Shown one piece after another: positions 47,720 through 58,356 of a DNA stretch of 64,000 bases. The notes under the pieces are model-generated. The model was not told the DNA's origin and did not search any database. It saw only the letters and a program-made list of their open reading frames with translations. The position numbers were made by a program, and so were the translations under genes. Location of the stretch: sequence record DRR378314_301. The stretch is one strand, 5' to 3'. The first letter of the stretch is position 1. Every line of letters begins with the position of its first letter.

Positions 47720-50700
47720 TCAGCGACCTGGGTAAATTGTGTAGGTAAGATTGAATTCGGTCCGGCCGTTGCCGTCCAGACCCTCCGACGACCAGCGTCC
47801 GGACAGGGCCAGCTCATCATCCCCCAGTACCCGCCAGCCGAGGCCAAACTCCACACCGACTTCCGCTGTAGAGGTTGATAATACATAACCGGCGCCAAGG
47901 CCGAGAAACGCGCGGGGCGATGGGGTAGAGCGATAAAGCGCGTTGGGCGCACCATGGAACCAGCGGGTGCCGACGCCAATACGCTCGTATTCCTCGGTAA
48001 CCAGATCGGCGGTTGCCAGTGGCTGCTCCAGTGCGTCAAGCGTGGAGGCCGGCAAGGCGTCTGTCAGGGAAAGCCGCTGATGGCGGTAGCCTGCACTCAG
48101 GGTCCAGGCGGGGTCATTTCGAAACACGGTGTAGGTGGAATTGATGTCCAGCCCATAACCGTCAGCCAGGCGTTCATTCTCCAGGCTCTCCACGGTTAGT
48201 TGCTCAATCTGTGCGTTAATGTTGAGGCGTGAAAAGGGCGTGTAACCGGCGTTCAGGTAGGCACGGTCGCGACGGGTGAGCCACCAGGCTTCGGCACTGT
48301 CCGGGGTGCGTTCCTGAAAATGGTAGCCGGCACCAAGCGTGATCCGGTCGGACCATTGCCGGTCATAGGTGGCGCTCATTGCCAGGTCGTCTTTCTGGTA
48401 TCGGGGCAACTGACTCACCGACAGTGACCATGTGCCATTGCCCGAGCGCTGGTCCAGAGTGAAAGACGCCTCGCTGCTGCGCTCGGGCGTGTTTTTCAGG
48501 CGCCCGGATGCGTCCGCTTTCAAGGTATTGGCAGACAGTTGCCAACGGAACCCGTTCTCACTGAACTGGCCGGTAACCCCACTGCGCTGCACGGAGAAAT
48601 TGCCCAGGTTCTGCCAGCGGGCTCCCAGTTGAAGCGCACTGTTGAACGTCTGCTGGAGACTCACGGTGTCCCGCGTTGTTGCCCTCTGCTGTTCCGCCGT
48701 CATCGGGCTATTGAGCCGATCAAGCTGTCGGACATAGCGGTCGGCCTGCTGTTCAGGGGTCTCCTGGTCAGGCTGAAGGGTTTGTCCGATTCGTTGGCGC
48801 ATCGCCTCGTTTGTGCCGTCAGGTATTGGCAACAGGGCTTCCGATACCAATGCGTCGCCTTGGCTGGACGCAAAGTACGCCAGCGTTTCGCGGAAACCTG
48901 CGGTATCCGGTTCGTCGCCATCGGCGCTGCGGGGATAGGCTGCCAACGCCTGCCAGGCCAGTTTTAACAGGCCTTCCTCCTGGTAAACGGCAAAACGGCT
49001 GGCAGGTGTGGAAGGGGTCTTGCGCAATTGCACGGCAGCCCTTTGGCGAAGATCCGTGGCGGTACCGGGCGAGCCGGTCTGGTCCATCAGTCTCGCCGTG
49101 GCCAGCAGCCACTCAATATCGTTACTGCGGGTTTCCATACCCCTGCGAAACCATTTCAGAGATTGCCTGGGCTGGCCGAGGGCGCTGTAACCGTAAGCCA
49201 AAACCGGATGGGCCTCTGGTGACGGTGTCTCAGCGATCCGGGCCAGCAGAGCCTGCAGGGAATCGGCGAACTGTTCTACGTTGGTCAGTTTCAGCCAGGC
49301 CCAGCTAATCATCAGGTTTTCGTCGTCGGGAGCCAGCTCCCAGGCCGTGCGATAGGCTTCGCTCGCAGCCAGGATGTCGTCATCACGATGACGAATCAAC
49401 GCCTGCAATGACCAGTAGCGCGCGTTGTTCACAACGGCAGGCGTTTCCTGACGCCAGCGGTCGAGGGTCTCCTTCAGCGCCGCCCAGCGCCCCAGTGCCA
49501 ACTGGTATTCGGCGATCGCGGCCAGGAACCGGGGTTCACCGGTATCCCGGAAAAGACGTTCACTCAACGACAAAGCCTGGGGGTAATCTTCAAACAGCAC
49601 CGCCAGGTTGAGCAGGCGTTCTTCCATCTCTGGTGTCAGTCGGTCGCCTGAGGCGAGCAAGCGGTCGTAGTCCCGCCGCAGGAGGTCGGTTCTGCCCAGA
49701 GTACTGGCCAGGTCCATCCTCATGTTCTGTACGGTTTCAGCCAGCTGCGGGTCATCCGGTTGAAACTCCAGCAGTGCCAGGGCCCGCTCGGGTTGCCGTG
49801 TGCGCCAGTAAAGGGAAGCCAGTTGCACGCGGTCCGCGTCGGACAGCCGGGGCTGCTGTTCCAGCAGTTCGATGGCGCCGGGGAAATCGCGCAGATTGGT
49901 GAGCAGCGTCAGCAATCGTTCTTTCAGTGTCCCGGAGCGGGGAAATCGGGCTCGCCCCTGCGCCAGCCTGGCTTTTGCATCGTCAAAGCGGCCAGCACGC
50001 ACCAGCGCGTCAGCCAGAGTGATGTAGCCGTCGGGTTGCAGGCGTTCCTGCCGGGCGCCAGTGGTCAGCAGTGTCAGCAAAGTGTCCCACTGGAAAAGCC
50101 CCCGAGCCAGGTCAACGGAACGCTGGAAGGCCTGTGTGGAACCGGTTTCCTGATAAAGCGACACCCAGATGGGTAGTGCTTGTTTCGGCAGGCTGTTCCA
50201 TTCCAGCACGTTGGCGACGGTTTGCCGGTCTTCGCGGGTGAGTTGGCCTGGAGTCTCCTGGAGCCGCCGAACGGTGTTGAGGGCCGCCTTTGTCTGGCCG
50301 GCCGCAAGTTGGGCGGCCAGAAGCTCTCTCTGGTAGTCCGTGTTGCCGGGATTGCGATTGGCCCGCTGTCGGATCCAGTCTGATTCCTCGGTCGTCGCAC
50401 CTGCCAGCCTCGCAAGCCGGATGCCCTCGGTGAGGGTCTGCTCAGACATTGCGGTGGCGGGTTGCTTCCGTTTGAACAGCGCCAGTGCCGCCTCGGGATC
50501 ACCGCTGGCCAGTTCCAGCCGGATAATGTTGTCAATAAACGCGACCCGGGCATCGGGTCGCATGGTGTCGATGTGCGGGCGCAGGGCGTCGGCAGCCGCA
50601 CCGGGCCGGGACTGGGCTTCTTCCATCCGGGCGATTTCCCGAGCCAGTTGGAGCCGTTGCCCGGGGCGGGTCATACGCTCCTGGACGCCCTGCAGCAGGG

Positions 50701-51184
50701 CCAGGTATCGAGGCTGGCTCAGCCAGCTGGAGGCCGGCCTCAACAACTCGAGGATGCGTTCCGGTTCATAGGGCTGCCGGATCAGCTTCTGGGCGTCGGC
50801 GAAGAGTTGGTCTTTCCGGGCGTCTCTCTGCGAGCCCTCCGGTATCGCAAACAGGCGTTGTGCCTGCAATTCCAGGTAATAGTCAAAGGCTTCTTCCGGC
50901 ACAGGCTGTTGCATCATCAGTGGAGCCAGTACCTGGTCTGCTCTGTCCAGTTGGCCTGTCTTACCCAGAGCCCTGGCGAGGCTCAGGCGCAATGGGATGT
51001 TGTCTGAGTCTGAGCGAAGCAGCACTTCCAGATAGGCGATGGAGAGGGCGTCCGGTTTTTCAAGGTAAGCCGGATTCTCGAACACCGCTTGCCGGGGAAA
51101 CAGCAAGTACAGCGCCAGGGAAATAAGCACGCCCATCAGGACCAGTGCTGGCAGACTGAAAAAGGATTCCCTGCGTCGCCTCAT
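47720..51184 (-). CDS. pelB: TPR + beta-barrel export protein PelB
   Basis: PDALSIAYL, long TPR-like region, C-terminal barrel, operon position. Confidence 0.9.
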   Translation of the reverse strand: MRRRRESFFSLPALVLMGVLISLALYLLFPRQAVFENPAYLEKPDALSIAYLEVLLRSDSDNIPLRLSLARALGKTGQLDRADQVLAPLMMQQPVPEEAFDYYLELQAQRLFAIPEGSQRDARKDQLFADAQKLIRQPYEPERILELLRPASSWLSQPRYLALLQGVQERMTRPGQRLQLAREIARMEEAQSRPGAAADALRPHIDTMRPDARVAFIDNIIRLELASGDPEAALALFKRKQPATAMSEQTLTEGIRLARLAGATTEESDWIRQRANRNPGNTDYQRELLAAQLAAGQTKAALNTVRRLQETPGQLTREDRQTVANVLEWNSLPKQALPIWVSLYQETGSTQAFQRSVDLARGLFQWDTLLTLLTTGARQERLQPDGYITLADALVRAGRFDDAKARLAQGRARFPRSGTLKERLLTLLTNLRDFPGAIELLEQQPRLSDADRVQLASLYWRTRQPERALALLEFQPDDPQLAETVQNMRMDLASTLGRTDLLRRDYDRLLASGDRLTPEMEERLLNLAVLFEDYPQALSLSERLFRDTGEPRFLAAIAEYQLALGRWAALKETLDRWRQETPAVVNNARYWSLQALIRHRDDDILAASEAYRTAWELAPDDENLMISWAWLKLTNVEQFADSLQALLARIAETPSPEAHPVLAYGYSALGQPRQSLKWFRRGMETRSNDIEWLLATARLMDQTGSPGTATDLRQRAAVQLRKTPSTPASRFAVYQEEGLLKLAWQALAAYPRSADGDEPDTAGFRETLAYFASSQGDALVSEALLPIPDGTNEAMRQRIGQTLQPDQETPEQQADRYVRQLDRLNSPMTAEQQRATTRDTVSLQQTFNSALQLGARWQNLGNFSVQRSGVTGQFSENGFRWQLSANTLKADASGRLKNTPERSSEASFTLDQRSGNGTWSLSVSQLPRYQKDDLAMSATYDRQWSDRITLGAGYHFQERTPDSAEAWWLTRRDRAYLNAGYTPFSRLNINAQIEQLTVESLENERLADGYGLDINSTYTVFRNDPAWTLSAGYRHQRLSLTDALPASTLDALEQPLATADLVTEEYERIGVGTRWFHGAPNALYRSTPSPRAFLGLGAGYVLSTSTAEVGVEFGLGWRVLGDDELALSGRWSSEGLDGNGRTEFNLTYTIYPGR

Positions 51185-51188
51185 AGCG

Positions 51189-53960
51189 CTATTGACACTC
51201 CAGCACCAGAGATGTGGCTTGCTGGCCGGCGAGCGTTACCGTCACCTGCCCGCCGGCCCGGGTGATCTTTGCAGCACCATCGTCCGTGGTGCACTGGCGG
51301 GTTCCGGCAAGCGTGAATTTCGCTCTCCGGTGGCTGCGCAAGCTGAGGGTTATCCGCCAGGCATCGTCTGCGCGCTGCCGTTGCCATTCGGTCAGTACAC
51401 CGTTGGCCTGCGCCAGCCACGGACCTTTCGGAGGAGTATCGGACAGCACCAGGCGTGGAGCGCCACCCGACAGATGAATGTAGCGCTGGCCGGCGGCGTC
51501 GTGAAAACCGGCGACGCCGGTGCTCCTTTCCAGGTCGGGAAACTGGCTCCGCTTCACCTTGACGGTATGGGGCTGGTCAATACCGCGCCAGCGCCAGCCA
51601 CCCGCGTCGTCCCGAAGCTGTGCCGAATAGTAGAAGGTTTGTACACGTTTGGCGTAGTCGCTGAGGTAAAGCGGCGTTACCGGTTGGTCAAGGGCGTACT
51701 GGTAAGCCTCATGCAGGGCGCCAAGTGCCTCGGGCTTGGTGCCTGAGTAGAAATGATAGTAAATGCCGATGGGCTTCAGGCGGCCCTTTTCCTCAAGGAT
51801 ACGGAAGGTATCTGTCACATTGCGGAAACCGTAGTAGGGGCCGGTCCACTGATTGGTGTAGACGTTCTCGTTCATGACCGGTGCGTAGACCTGAAGCTCA
51901 TCCCCCACTGGCCGTGCATCGGGCCAGGTTTCCGACAACTCGGGCGCGTAGGGCAAGGGTTTGGTGTTGCCACCATTGACGTTGACCAGGCCGGCCTCCC
52001 GGACCTGCCTCAGTGCGTTGGCGCCGGGCCTGGCGTCGCCGGTCCAGAGAAAGACCGAGACAGGCTTGTCCTCCGGCGCCAGCCGCTGGTTGATATAGCG
52101 GACCGAACCGGCAATTTCGCGCTCCAGCGAGGCCTGATAATCCGGGATGTTCATGAAATAGCCATACAGCGTGTTTTCCAGTCTCGGGGCCGGGCCGCCC
52201 TCTATCGATTGCCAGTAGAACGGATGGCTGTAGGTATGGGATGCAACTTCCACGAAATTCATTCCGAATATCGACCTGGCAAGGCGTTCCGCGTCCTCGC
52301 TGGCGGCCGGATACAGGCCGTCGGGGGAGACTTCCGCTTCAATGACGGAAACGGTGTGGGGGATTTCGTAACGGGACAGGATTTGATCCTGGATCACCTC
52401 GGCGCTCAGTGGGCTGCCTGGAAGCTCTGCCCGGGAGACGAAGCCGTCGCCGTCAATGTGGGCCGTGAGAATACGACGGCCACTCTCCGTGGTGGTGTCG
52501 ATCACAGGCCTTTCCAGCTCGCCAAAAGCCTGATGGAAAAACTCAAAGGGGTTGAACAGCCAATAGGCTTCATCGTCCGGCCCCATTTCAAACATAAACG
52601 GGGCTATCGCCGCGCCACCACCGCTGTGAGTGTAGATGGCCGAGAACCGCTGCCCCAAGGTGTCGGTGACGGTTAGCCAGGGCGTGTGTCCCTCGACCTG
52701 CGGCAGGGTTTGGGGGGTCAACAGGGGCAGGCGGGTGCCTTCGTAGTTGCCCACCGAGGGGTGCACGCGTTCGTAAGTCAGGGGTGACGCGGGTAACGAA
52801 GCCCGGTTGGCCGCCAGAAGGTCGAGGCAGGCGGGGTTGTCGGGTACCAGCCCCATCAGCACAACGGGCACTCCCTTATCCTGTTGCTGTGAAAGCCAGG
52901 AACACAGGCCGCTGTGACGGTCCCCGGTTTCCCACCAGACCAGAATACCGGCGTATCGGTCTTCCGTGGGCTCCTCCGGCAGCGGTTGCAGGGCGGAATG
53001 GTACTGTGGGACAAACCCTGAACGCTCCAGCACAATGCCGCCAAATCGATGCGCGGCGCTGCGATCCATGTTGAACTCCGGCAAGTCATGGATGACCAGA
53101 ACGTGACGTTTTACCGCGGCTGGCCGGGATGGAGCAAGGCGGTCCAGCGCCGGATTGGCGACCCAGGGTACGAAGCCGTCACTGCGAAGCTGGTCCGCCA
53201 GTGTTTGGGCACGGGAGGGATCGGCCACGTAATCGATCGCAATCAGCGGCATGTCCGGGCGTGCCTGACGCCATCGTTCCAACTGCCCGTCCAGCCATTG
53301 TCGGTCCGCGTCAGAGACGTCGTCGTATCGTTTGTCTTTGGCGTTGTAGCCATTGCGCCAGGACTCCAGTGCAAGCCCGTCCACCCGGCTCATGACGCTG
53401 TCGGGCAGGTGAAAGCCCCGGTTGAGGATGATCTTGCCCTCTGGGTGCCGATCACGAATAGCGGCTATCAGCGTCTGCTGGGCGTCGGCGAACGCTGGCG
53501 TTTGCGACTCACCGTCGGCCGACAGAGTGAAGCTGTCCAGCGTGTCCAGAAACACACCCTGAAACCCACGCTCGAAAGCAGGGTCGATGAGGTTATCCAA
53601 CAGAAAATCGCGTACTTCGGGTAGGCGTAAATCGAGCACGACACTTGACCAGGCAGGGTTCCTGCCAATCAGCCAGTGTGCTTTCAGGTCTGTGAACAGG
53701 CGGTGGCTACGGGCCATTTCTCCTAGGCTGACGTAGGCAACCGGAACGGTGCCGGCCCTGGCCAACAGGTCAATGCGTGCGTCGCTGGTCTGGTCCTGTT
53801 GCAATACCAGCCAGTCGTACGCCATCAGGCTGCCTATTGGGGCCTCGTTGCCATAGTAGAACCCGATATTCTCTGGCTGGCCCTCCTCGGCACCGGCATA
53901 ACCGATGGAGAATAGTAAACAGAACGCAATGAGCCTGAGCGGATGGCAGGGTTTAATCAT
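51189..53960 (-). CDS. pelA: Bifunctional glycoside hydrolase/deacetylase PelA
   Basis: AYVSLGE, GVFLDTLDS, LNRGF, HIDGDGF, ASHTYSHPF, YYHFYSG. Confidence 0.95.
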   Translation of the reverse strand: MIKPCHPLRLIAFCLLFSIGYAGAEEGQPENIGFYYGNEAPIGSLMAYDWLVLQQDQTSDARIDLLARAGTVPVAYVSLGEMARSHRLFTDLKAHWLIGRNPAWSSVVLDLRLPEVRDFLLDNLIDPAFERGFQGVFLDTLDSFTLSADGESQTPAFADAQQTLIAAIRDRHPEGKIILNRGFHLPDSVMSRVDGLALESWRNGYNAKDKRYDDVSDADRQWLDGQLERWRQARPDMPLIAIDYVADPSRAQTLADQLRSDGFVPWVANPALDRLAPSRPAAVKRHVLVIHDLPEFNMDRSAAHRFGGIVLERSGFVPQYHSALQPLPEEPTEDRYAGILVWWETGDRHSGLCSWLSQQQDKGVPVVLMGLVPDNPACLDLLAANRASLPASPLTYERVHPSVGNYEGTRLPLLTPQTLPQVEGHTPWLTVTDTLGQRFSAIYTHSGGGAAIAPFMFEMGPDDEAYWLFNPFEFFHQAFGELERPVIDTTTESGRRILTAHIDGDGFVSRAELPGSPLSAEVIQDQILSRYEIPHTVSVIEAEVSPDGLYPAASEDAERLARSIFGMNFVEVASHTYSHPFYWQSIEGGPAPRLENTLYGYFMNIPDYQASLEREIAGSVRYINQRLAPEDKPVSVFLWTGDARPGANALRQVREAGLVNVNGGNTKPLPYAPELSETWPDARPVGDELQVYAPVMNENVYTNQWTGPYYGFRNVTDTFRILEEKGRLKPIGIYYHFYSGTKPEALGALHEAYQYALDQPVTPLYLSDYAKRVQTFYYSAQLRDDAGGWRWRGIDQPHTVKVKRSQFPDLERSTGVAGFHDAAGQRYIHLSGGAPRLVLSDTPPKGPWLAQANGVLTEWQRQRADDAWRITLSLRSHRRAKFTLAGTRQCTTDDGAAKITRAGGQVTVTLAGQQATSLVLECQ

Positions 53961-54103
53961 ATGGGACCAGAAACAGATAAAGTGGCGGCGGTATGATGCA
54001 CACTGAAGTCATCGCGAATAAGAAATACGTTGCTAATCTAGTATAGATGACAGTCTGCAAGCGCTCGATTTTCCAAACATTTTGTAATTAAGGGAATAGC
54101 GTC

Positions 54104-54784
54104 ATGACCTCGGTGAAGAACGGCATACCGCTGTGGTGGCTGGCGATGGCCGCGGCGTTGACACCGCTGATCACCATACACACAACCTTTGCGGTGTCGG
54201 TACTGGAAGGGCATATTTCCTGGTGCATTCCCTATTGGGACAGTTGCACAAGCATCAGCCGCACCGGCCGGTACGGTACGTCGTATTTCATTTTTAAAGG
54301 CACCATGTTGCCGGCAGCAATTCTGGGCATCCTGTTCTGGTTTCTCAACAGCCGATGGCTGTTGCAACTGGGTGCGACCAGTCGGGGGCGCCCGTGGATT
54401 CCCTGGTTGGGCCTGGTGGCGTGTGTCTCTCTGGCGGCGTATACGCTGGCGTTGGGCCATGAGGGCGACGGTTTCAATCTGGTTCGGCGTACTGGGGTCG
54501 TGCTGTATTTTTCATTGACTTACATTGCCCAGTTGCTGGTGAGCTCAGCTCTGAAAGGGCATCCCAGATGGCATCAAAGTGGCAGGCACCTATTGTGGCT
54601 GTGCGAGCTGGCGCTGGCGGTGGGCATACTCTCGGTTGTCCTGACGGCAGTTGTGCCGAAAATTTACAGCCAGATGGACGATGCCTTCGAATGGGTGCTG
54701 GCGTTCCTGATCAACCTGCACGCCCTGTGGATTGCGGTGCTGTGGAGGCGGAGCCGCTTCCGGGCGCGTCTATGGGCCGAATGA
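54104..54784 (+). CDS. Conserved membrane protein
   Basis: About six TM segments, CIPYWDSCTSISRTGR. Confidence 0.75.
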   Translation: MTSVKNGIPLWWLAMAAALTPLITIHTTFAVSVLEGHISWCIPYWDSCTSISRTGRYGTSYFIFKGTMLPAAILGILFWFLNSRWLLQLGATSRGRPWIPWLGLVACVSLAAYTLALGHEGDGFNLVRRTGVVLYFSLTYIAQLLVSSALKGHPRWHQSGRHLLWLCELALAVGILSVVLTAVVPKIYSQMDDAFEWVLAFLINLHALWIAVLWRRSRFRARLWAE

Positions 54785-54792
54785 GGTGGGTC

Positions 54793-55524
54793 TCAAAGCG
54801 AATTCAGGCCACGAACCAATGCCGCCACACCGGCGACGGCGGCGATGCCCAGGATGATGGGGCGAAGCCCGTCGAACGGCATGCGATTCACCAGTTTGCC
54901 AGACAGCCAGAAGCCGATCAGCACGCCCGGGAAGGTGACGGCAAACAGGCGCAGTTCCCGCCCTCCGAGGTAGCCGGACGCAAGCAGGGCGGCGACGCTG
55001 AAAAAACTCGCTACCAGGAAAAAGGCCGACATGTTGGCACGTACCAGCGGGCCCTTTTCGTTTTGATAGATCAGTGCAATCGGTGGGCCACCGACGGCTG
55101 TAATCGTGCCCATGTAGGTGGAAGCAGCACCGGCCAGCACACTGTTGCGAGCGTTCAGGGCCGGCCGTAATCCGCCTGCGCTCAGCAATACGCCAATCAG
55201 GATAAGAACGCCGAACATCAGTTCGAAACCGGTGGGGGAAATCAGCATCAGTGTGATCCCGGCCAGCACCGTGCCACCAACGCCGCCGCCGATGGCAAAA
55301 CGCACTTCACGAACCTGAAGCGCACCACGGTTCCGAAGCAGCATAAAAACCGTCAGTACGACGGCATTGAGTACCAGCGGCGCGGGTATCAGCATTGGAC
55401 TGACCAGGAACAGCAAGGGCGCCGCCAGCGTGCCGATGCCGTAACCCGCGACCCCCTGCAAACAGGCTCCGGCCATCAGAGCGAGGTTGGCAAGGATAAT
55501 CTGGAGCAGGGACAAGTCAGTCAC
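54793..55524 (-). CDS. TauE/SafE sulfite-exporter family protein
   Basis: QGVAGYGIG, TAVGGPP. Confidence 0.88.
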   Translation of the reverse strand: MTDLSLLQIILANLALMAGACLQGVAGYGIGTLAAPLLFLVSPMLIPAPLVLNAVVLTVFMLLRNRGALQVREVRFAIGGGVGGTVLAGITLMLISPTGFELMFGVLILIGVLLSAGGLRPALNARNSVLAGAASTYMGTITAVGGPPIALIYQNEKGPLVRANMSAFFLVASFFSVAALLASGYLGGRELRLFAVTFPGVLIGFWLSGKLVNRMPFDGLRPIILGIAAVAGVAALVRGLNSL

Positions 55525-55628
55525 AATCGGGTTACTCGATCTGTAGAGTGAATGAACGTTGATATCACAGCGGTGCCGCCACTAAAACTGTTAAAATGAA
55601 GCATTTACCCCGCATAGAGGATGGCCAG

Positions 55629-56087
55629 ATGGCTGCAGAGATTACCCCGGAATATTGTCCCTGCGGCAGTGGCGAAGCCTACCGCGCCTGTTGCCAGCCT
55701 TACCATCAGGGTAAACCGGCACCGGGCCCGGAGGCGTTGATGCGGTCGCGCTACAGCGCGTTCGTTCTGAGCCTCACGGAATATCTGGAAGCCACGTGGC
55801 ACAACAGTACCCGACCACAGGCTCTGGACCTGTCAGACGCGCCCCGCTGGGCGTCGCTGCACATCGTGTCTGCGAATGCATCGGATAATGACGGTGCCGT
55901 GCACTTCCGTGCCATTTATCGTGCAGGCAAGGGTTGGGGCTATCTGGAGGAAAAATCCCGCTTCGTTCGTGAAGGCGGTCGCTGGTACTACGTGAATGGC
56001 GATACCCGCGAAGGTGCCCTCAAGCCGGGAAGAAACGATGCCTGCCCCTGTGGCAGTGGCCGGAAATACAAGGCCTGTTGCCTGTGA
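55629..56087 (+). CDS. ychJ: YchJ family SEC-C motif protein
   Basis: CPCGSG..CC, EALMRSRYSAF, GRNDACPCGSGRKYKACC. Confidence 0.92.
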   Translation: MAAEITPEYCPCGSGEAYRACCQPYHQGKPAPGPEALMRSRYSAFVLSLTEYLEATWHNSTRPQALDLSDAPRWASLHIVSANASDNDGAVHFRAIYRAGKGWGYLEEKSRFVREGGRWYYVNGDTREGALKPGRNDACPCGSGRKYKACCL

Positions 56088-56983
56088 AATCCGCAACGCC
56101 GGACGCCGCAAAGGGCGTGGGCTACGGCCTGGGCGCCTACACCCTCTGGGGCTGCTTCCCGATTTATTTCGCCCTGTTCGAGGGCGTGCCCTCCTACGAA
56201 GTGCTGATTCACCGGATTGTCTGGTCCTGCGTGTTCCTGGCCATCCTGGTGAGCTTTCTCCGGCGCTGGAAACCGATCACGGCAGCGTTGGCGCACCCCA
56301 AAGAGCTTGGCTTCGTCTTTGGGTGCGCGGTGTTTATCGCCCTGAATTGGGGGATCTACATCTACGCGGTTGAAACCCGCCATGTGCTACAGGCCAGCCT
56401 GGGCTATTTCCTGACGCCGCTGGTGAATGTGGGGCTGGGCGTAGTGGTGCTGAAGGAAACGATCTCCCGCCTGCAGGTTGTCGCCGTTGGTCTGGCAACC
56501 ATCGCCATTCTCTACCAGCTCTTTCTGCTCGGCGTTGTGCCCTGGATCAGCCTGGTGCTGGCGTTCAGCTTTGGTACCTATGGTCTACTGCGCAAGCAGG
56601 TGGCGCTGGATGGCCTTTCCGGTCTGTTTGTGGAAACCCTGCTGTTACTGCCGCTTGGCCTGTTGGCCCTGGCCTTTCTGAGTTCTGCTGGCATGTCCCA
56701 CTTTAACGACGGCACTGCCGTTGCGCTGCTTCTAATGTCCAGCGGCATCGTTACCGCTATTCCTCTGCTGTTGTTCGCGGGTGCTGCCCGCCGGTTGCGC
56801 TTGGCCACTGTGGGCTTCCTGATGTACATCAATCCCACCCTGCAGTTTTTCATCGCGCTCTTTGTGTTCAATGAACCAATGAGTGGTGAGAAGTTGGTGA
56901 GTTTTGCGATGATCTGGATGGCGCTGGGGCTGTATTCATGGTCTGCCTGGACCGAGCGCGGAAGGAAAACCGCGCAGAGCTAG
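56078..56983 (+). CDS. rarD: EamA family transporter RarD
   Basis: LWG..PIYF, HRIVWS, ASLGYFLTPLV, YGLLRK, GFLMYINPTLQF. Confidence 0.92.
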   Translation: MPVKSATPDAAKGVGYGLGAYTLWGCFPIYFALFEGVPSYEVLIHRIVWSCVFLAILVSFLRRWKPITAALAHPKELGFVFGCAVFIALNWGIYIYAVETRHVLQASLGYFLTPLVNVGLGVVVLKETISRLQVVAVGLATIAILYQLFLLGVVPWISLVLAFSFGTYGLLRKQVALDGLSGLFVETLLLLPLGLLALAFLSSAGMSHFNDGTAVALLLMSSGIVTAIPLLLFAGAARRLRLATVGFLMYINPTLQFFIALFVFNEPMSGEKLVSFAMIWMALGLYSWSAWTERGRKTAQS

Positions 56984-56994
56984 CGTAGTGGGCG

Positions 56995-58356
56995 TCAATC
57001 AATAGCGCCCAGGGTCAGTATTTCATCCCGAACGCGCTTTTTTTCCTCCGTCAGTTCTGCAATCAGCGTGTTGAGGCCGGCCACTGGCGCAAGCATGTCT
57101 GGCTCCGTGGCAATGCCGTCGCGAAAGGCCAGGAGCAGGTCGATCTGCACGTGCAGGTCCTGGAAGTCACCGAATCGCTGCTGGCGCTGTTTTAACCGTC
57201 CGAGCCGGTCATGGAACGCCGGCTTGTCCAGTTCGGCCAGGTAGCGTATCCGTTTCAGCAATTTGCGCAGGTCGTGGAAACGGTCATCCGGTGACTGTTC
57301 ATTCATTTGCCCGACCAGAACGTTGTGTTTTTCTGTGCGCTTCTCCAGGGCTTTCCAGATGTCTCGGGTTGCGAGTTTCCGGGTTACCTTCTTCAGGTGG
57401 CGTGAGGTGAGCTGCCTGTGCCATTCGTCCATGTCTTTGTGGTATCGGCCGCCCTTCAGCCGTTTGACGAGCTTCTGGTGCTCAACGTCCGCCAGATTGC
57501 CGAAATGGCTCAAGGCGCCAGAGCGCACCAGCGCGGTTTGGGTCGCTTCCTCCAATGGCCATTGCGCCAGGTTGGCCAGGAAGACATGAAGGTCCCGGAG
57601 GTAACTGGTGGCCTGGGCATGTCCTTTCAACGTCTTGACGGCTTTGTGCAGATTGTCGTCGCCACTGATTTCTGCAACCGATTCAGCAACGGCGCGGCTG
57701 CGGCGGATGGCGATACGGTACTGGTGAAGAAATTCGTCGTCGTATCCCTGCAGGACACCCGGCTCCAGATCCCTCATGCGATGGTACTGGTGCAGCAGCG
57801 ATTCCGGGATGTGCCCGACCAGTGGCGTATTCCCATGGCTGTGTTTGCTCTTCCATTTGCGATTGAACTGTTGATAGCTGACGTCGTTTGGCGTCAGGAA
57901 ACGTTCCAGCCGCCCCGTGTTCCTGCCTGCCTGATGCCAGTGTTCTATTGGCAGGATGATGTGCATGAAACTGCATGTGGGGAAGGCTTCTGGTGCGTGC
58001 TTCAACAGAAGGCCCGCCAGTTCCTCCAGCGCAGGGTTATGGCCGATGAGGGTAATGCGGTCGTCTTCCCGGTCGTGCAACCAGTCGAGCACCACGGCGT
58101 GATTAAACGTGTACAGCACCGGCGCAACCTTGGCGGTGGCGAGAACGTTGTTCGGAACCAGGCCTTCCAGAGTTTGTCGGGCCCGGGCAGCATTGCTGCA
58201 GTAGAGGGTTCCTTCGAACGCCCCTTCCGAACGGATCGCCTTGCCCATGGGCCCCAACTGTTTCAGGCCTCGGTTGTTGAGCGGGCGTTCGTGGTCCGTA
58301 AGGCTGTCATCGGACCAACTGGATTTGGCGTGACGAATCAGAAAGAGGTGTTTCAT
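56995..58356 (-). CDS. SixA-like histidine phosphatase fused to a CHAD domain
   Basis: LIRHAKSSW..DHERPLN..IGHNP; then DEFLHQYRIAIRRSR, LRDLHV, HDLRKLLKRIRY, FGDFQD. Confidence 0.88.
   Translation of the reverse strand: MKHLFLIRHAKSSWSDDSLTDHERPLNNRGLKQLGPMGKAIRSEGAFEGTLYCSNAARARQTLEGLVPNNVLATAKVAPVLYTFNHAVVLDWLHDREDDRITLIGHNPALEELAGLLLKHAPEAFPTCSFMHIILPIEHWHQAGRNTGRLERFLTPNDVSYQQFNRKWKSKHSHGNTPLVGHIPESLLHQYHRMRDLEPGVLQGYDDEFLHQYRIAIRRSRAVAESVAEISGDDNLHKAVKTLKGHAQATSYLRDLHVFLANLAQWPLEEATQTALVRSGALSHFGNLADVEHQKLVKRLKGGRYHKDMDEWHRQLTSRHLKKVTRKLATRDIWKALEKRTEKHNVLVGQMNEQSPDDRFHDLRKLLKRIRYLAELDKPAFHDRLGRLKQRQQRFGDFQDLHVQIDLLLAFRDGIATEPDMLAPVAGLNTLIAELTEEKKRVRDEILTLGAID

Noticed and set aside
53961-54103. 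FleQ boxes upstream of pelA
   Set aside because: No convincing GTCAnTAAAnTGAC match.
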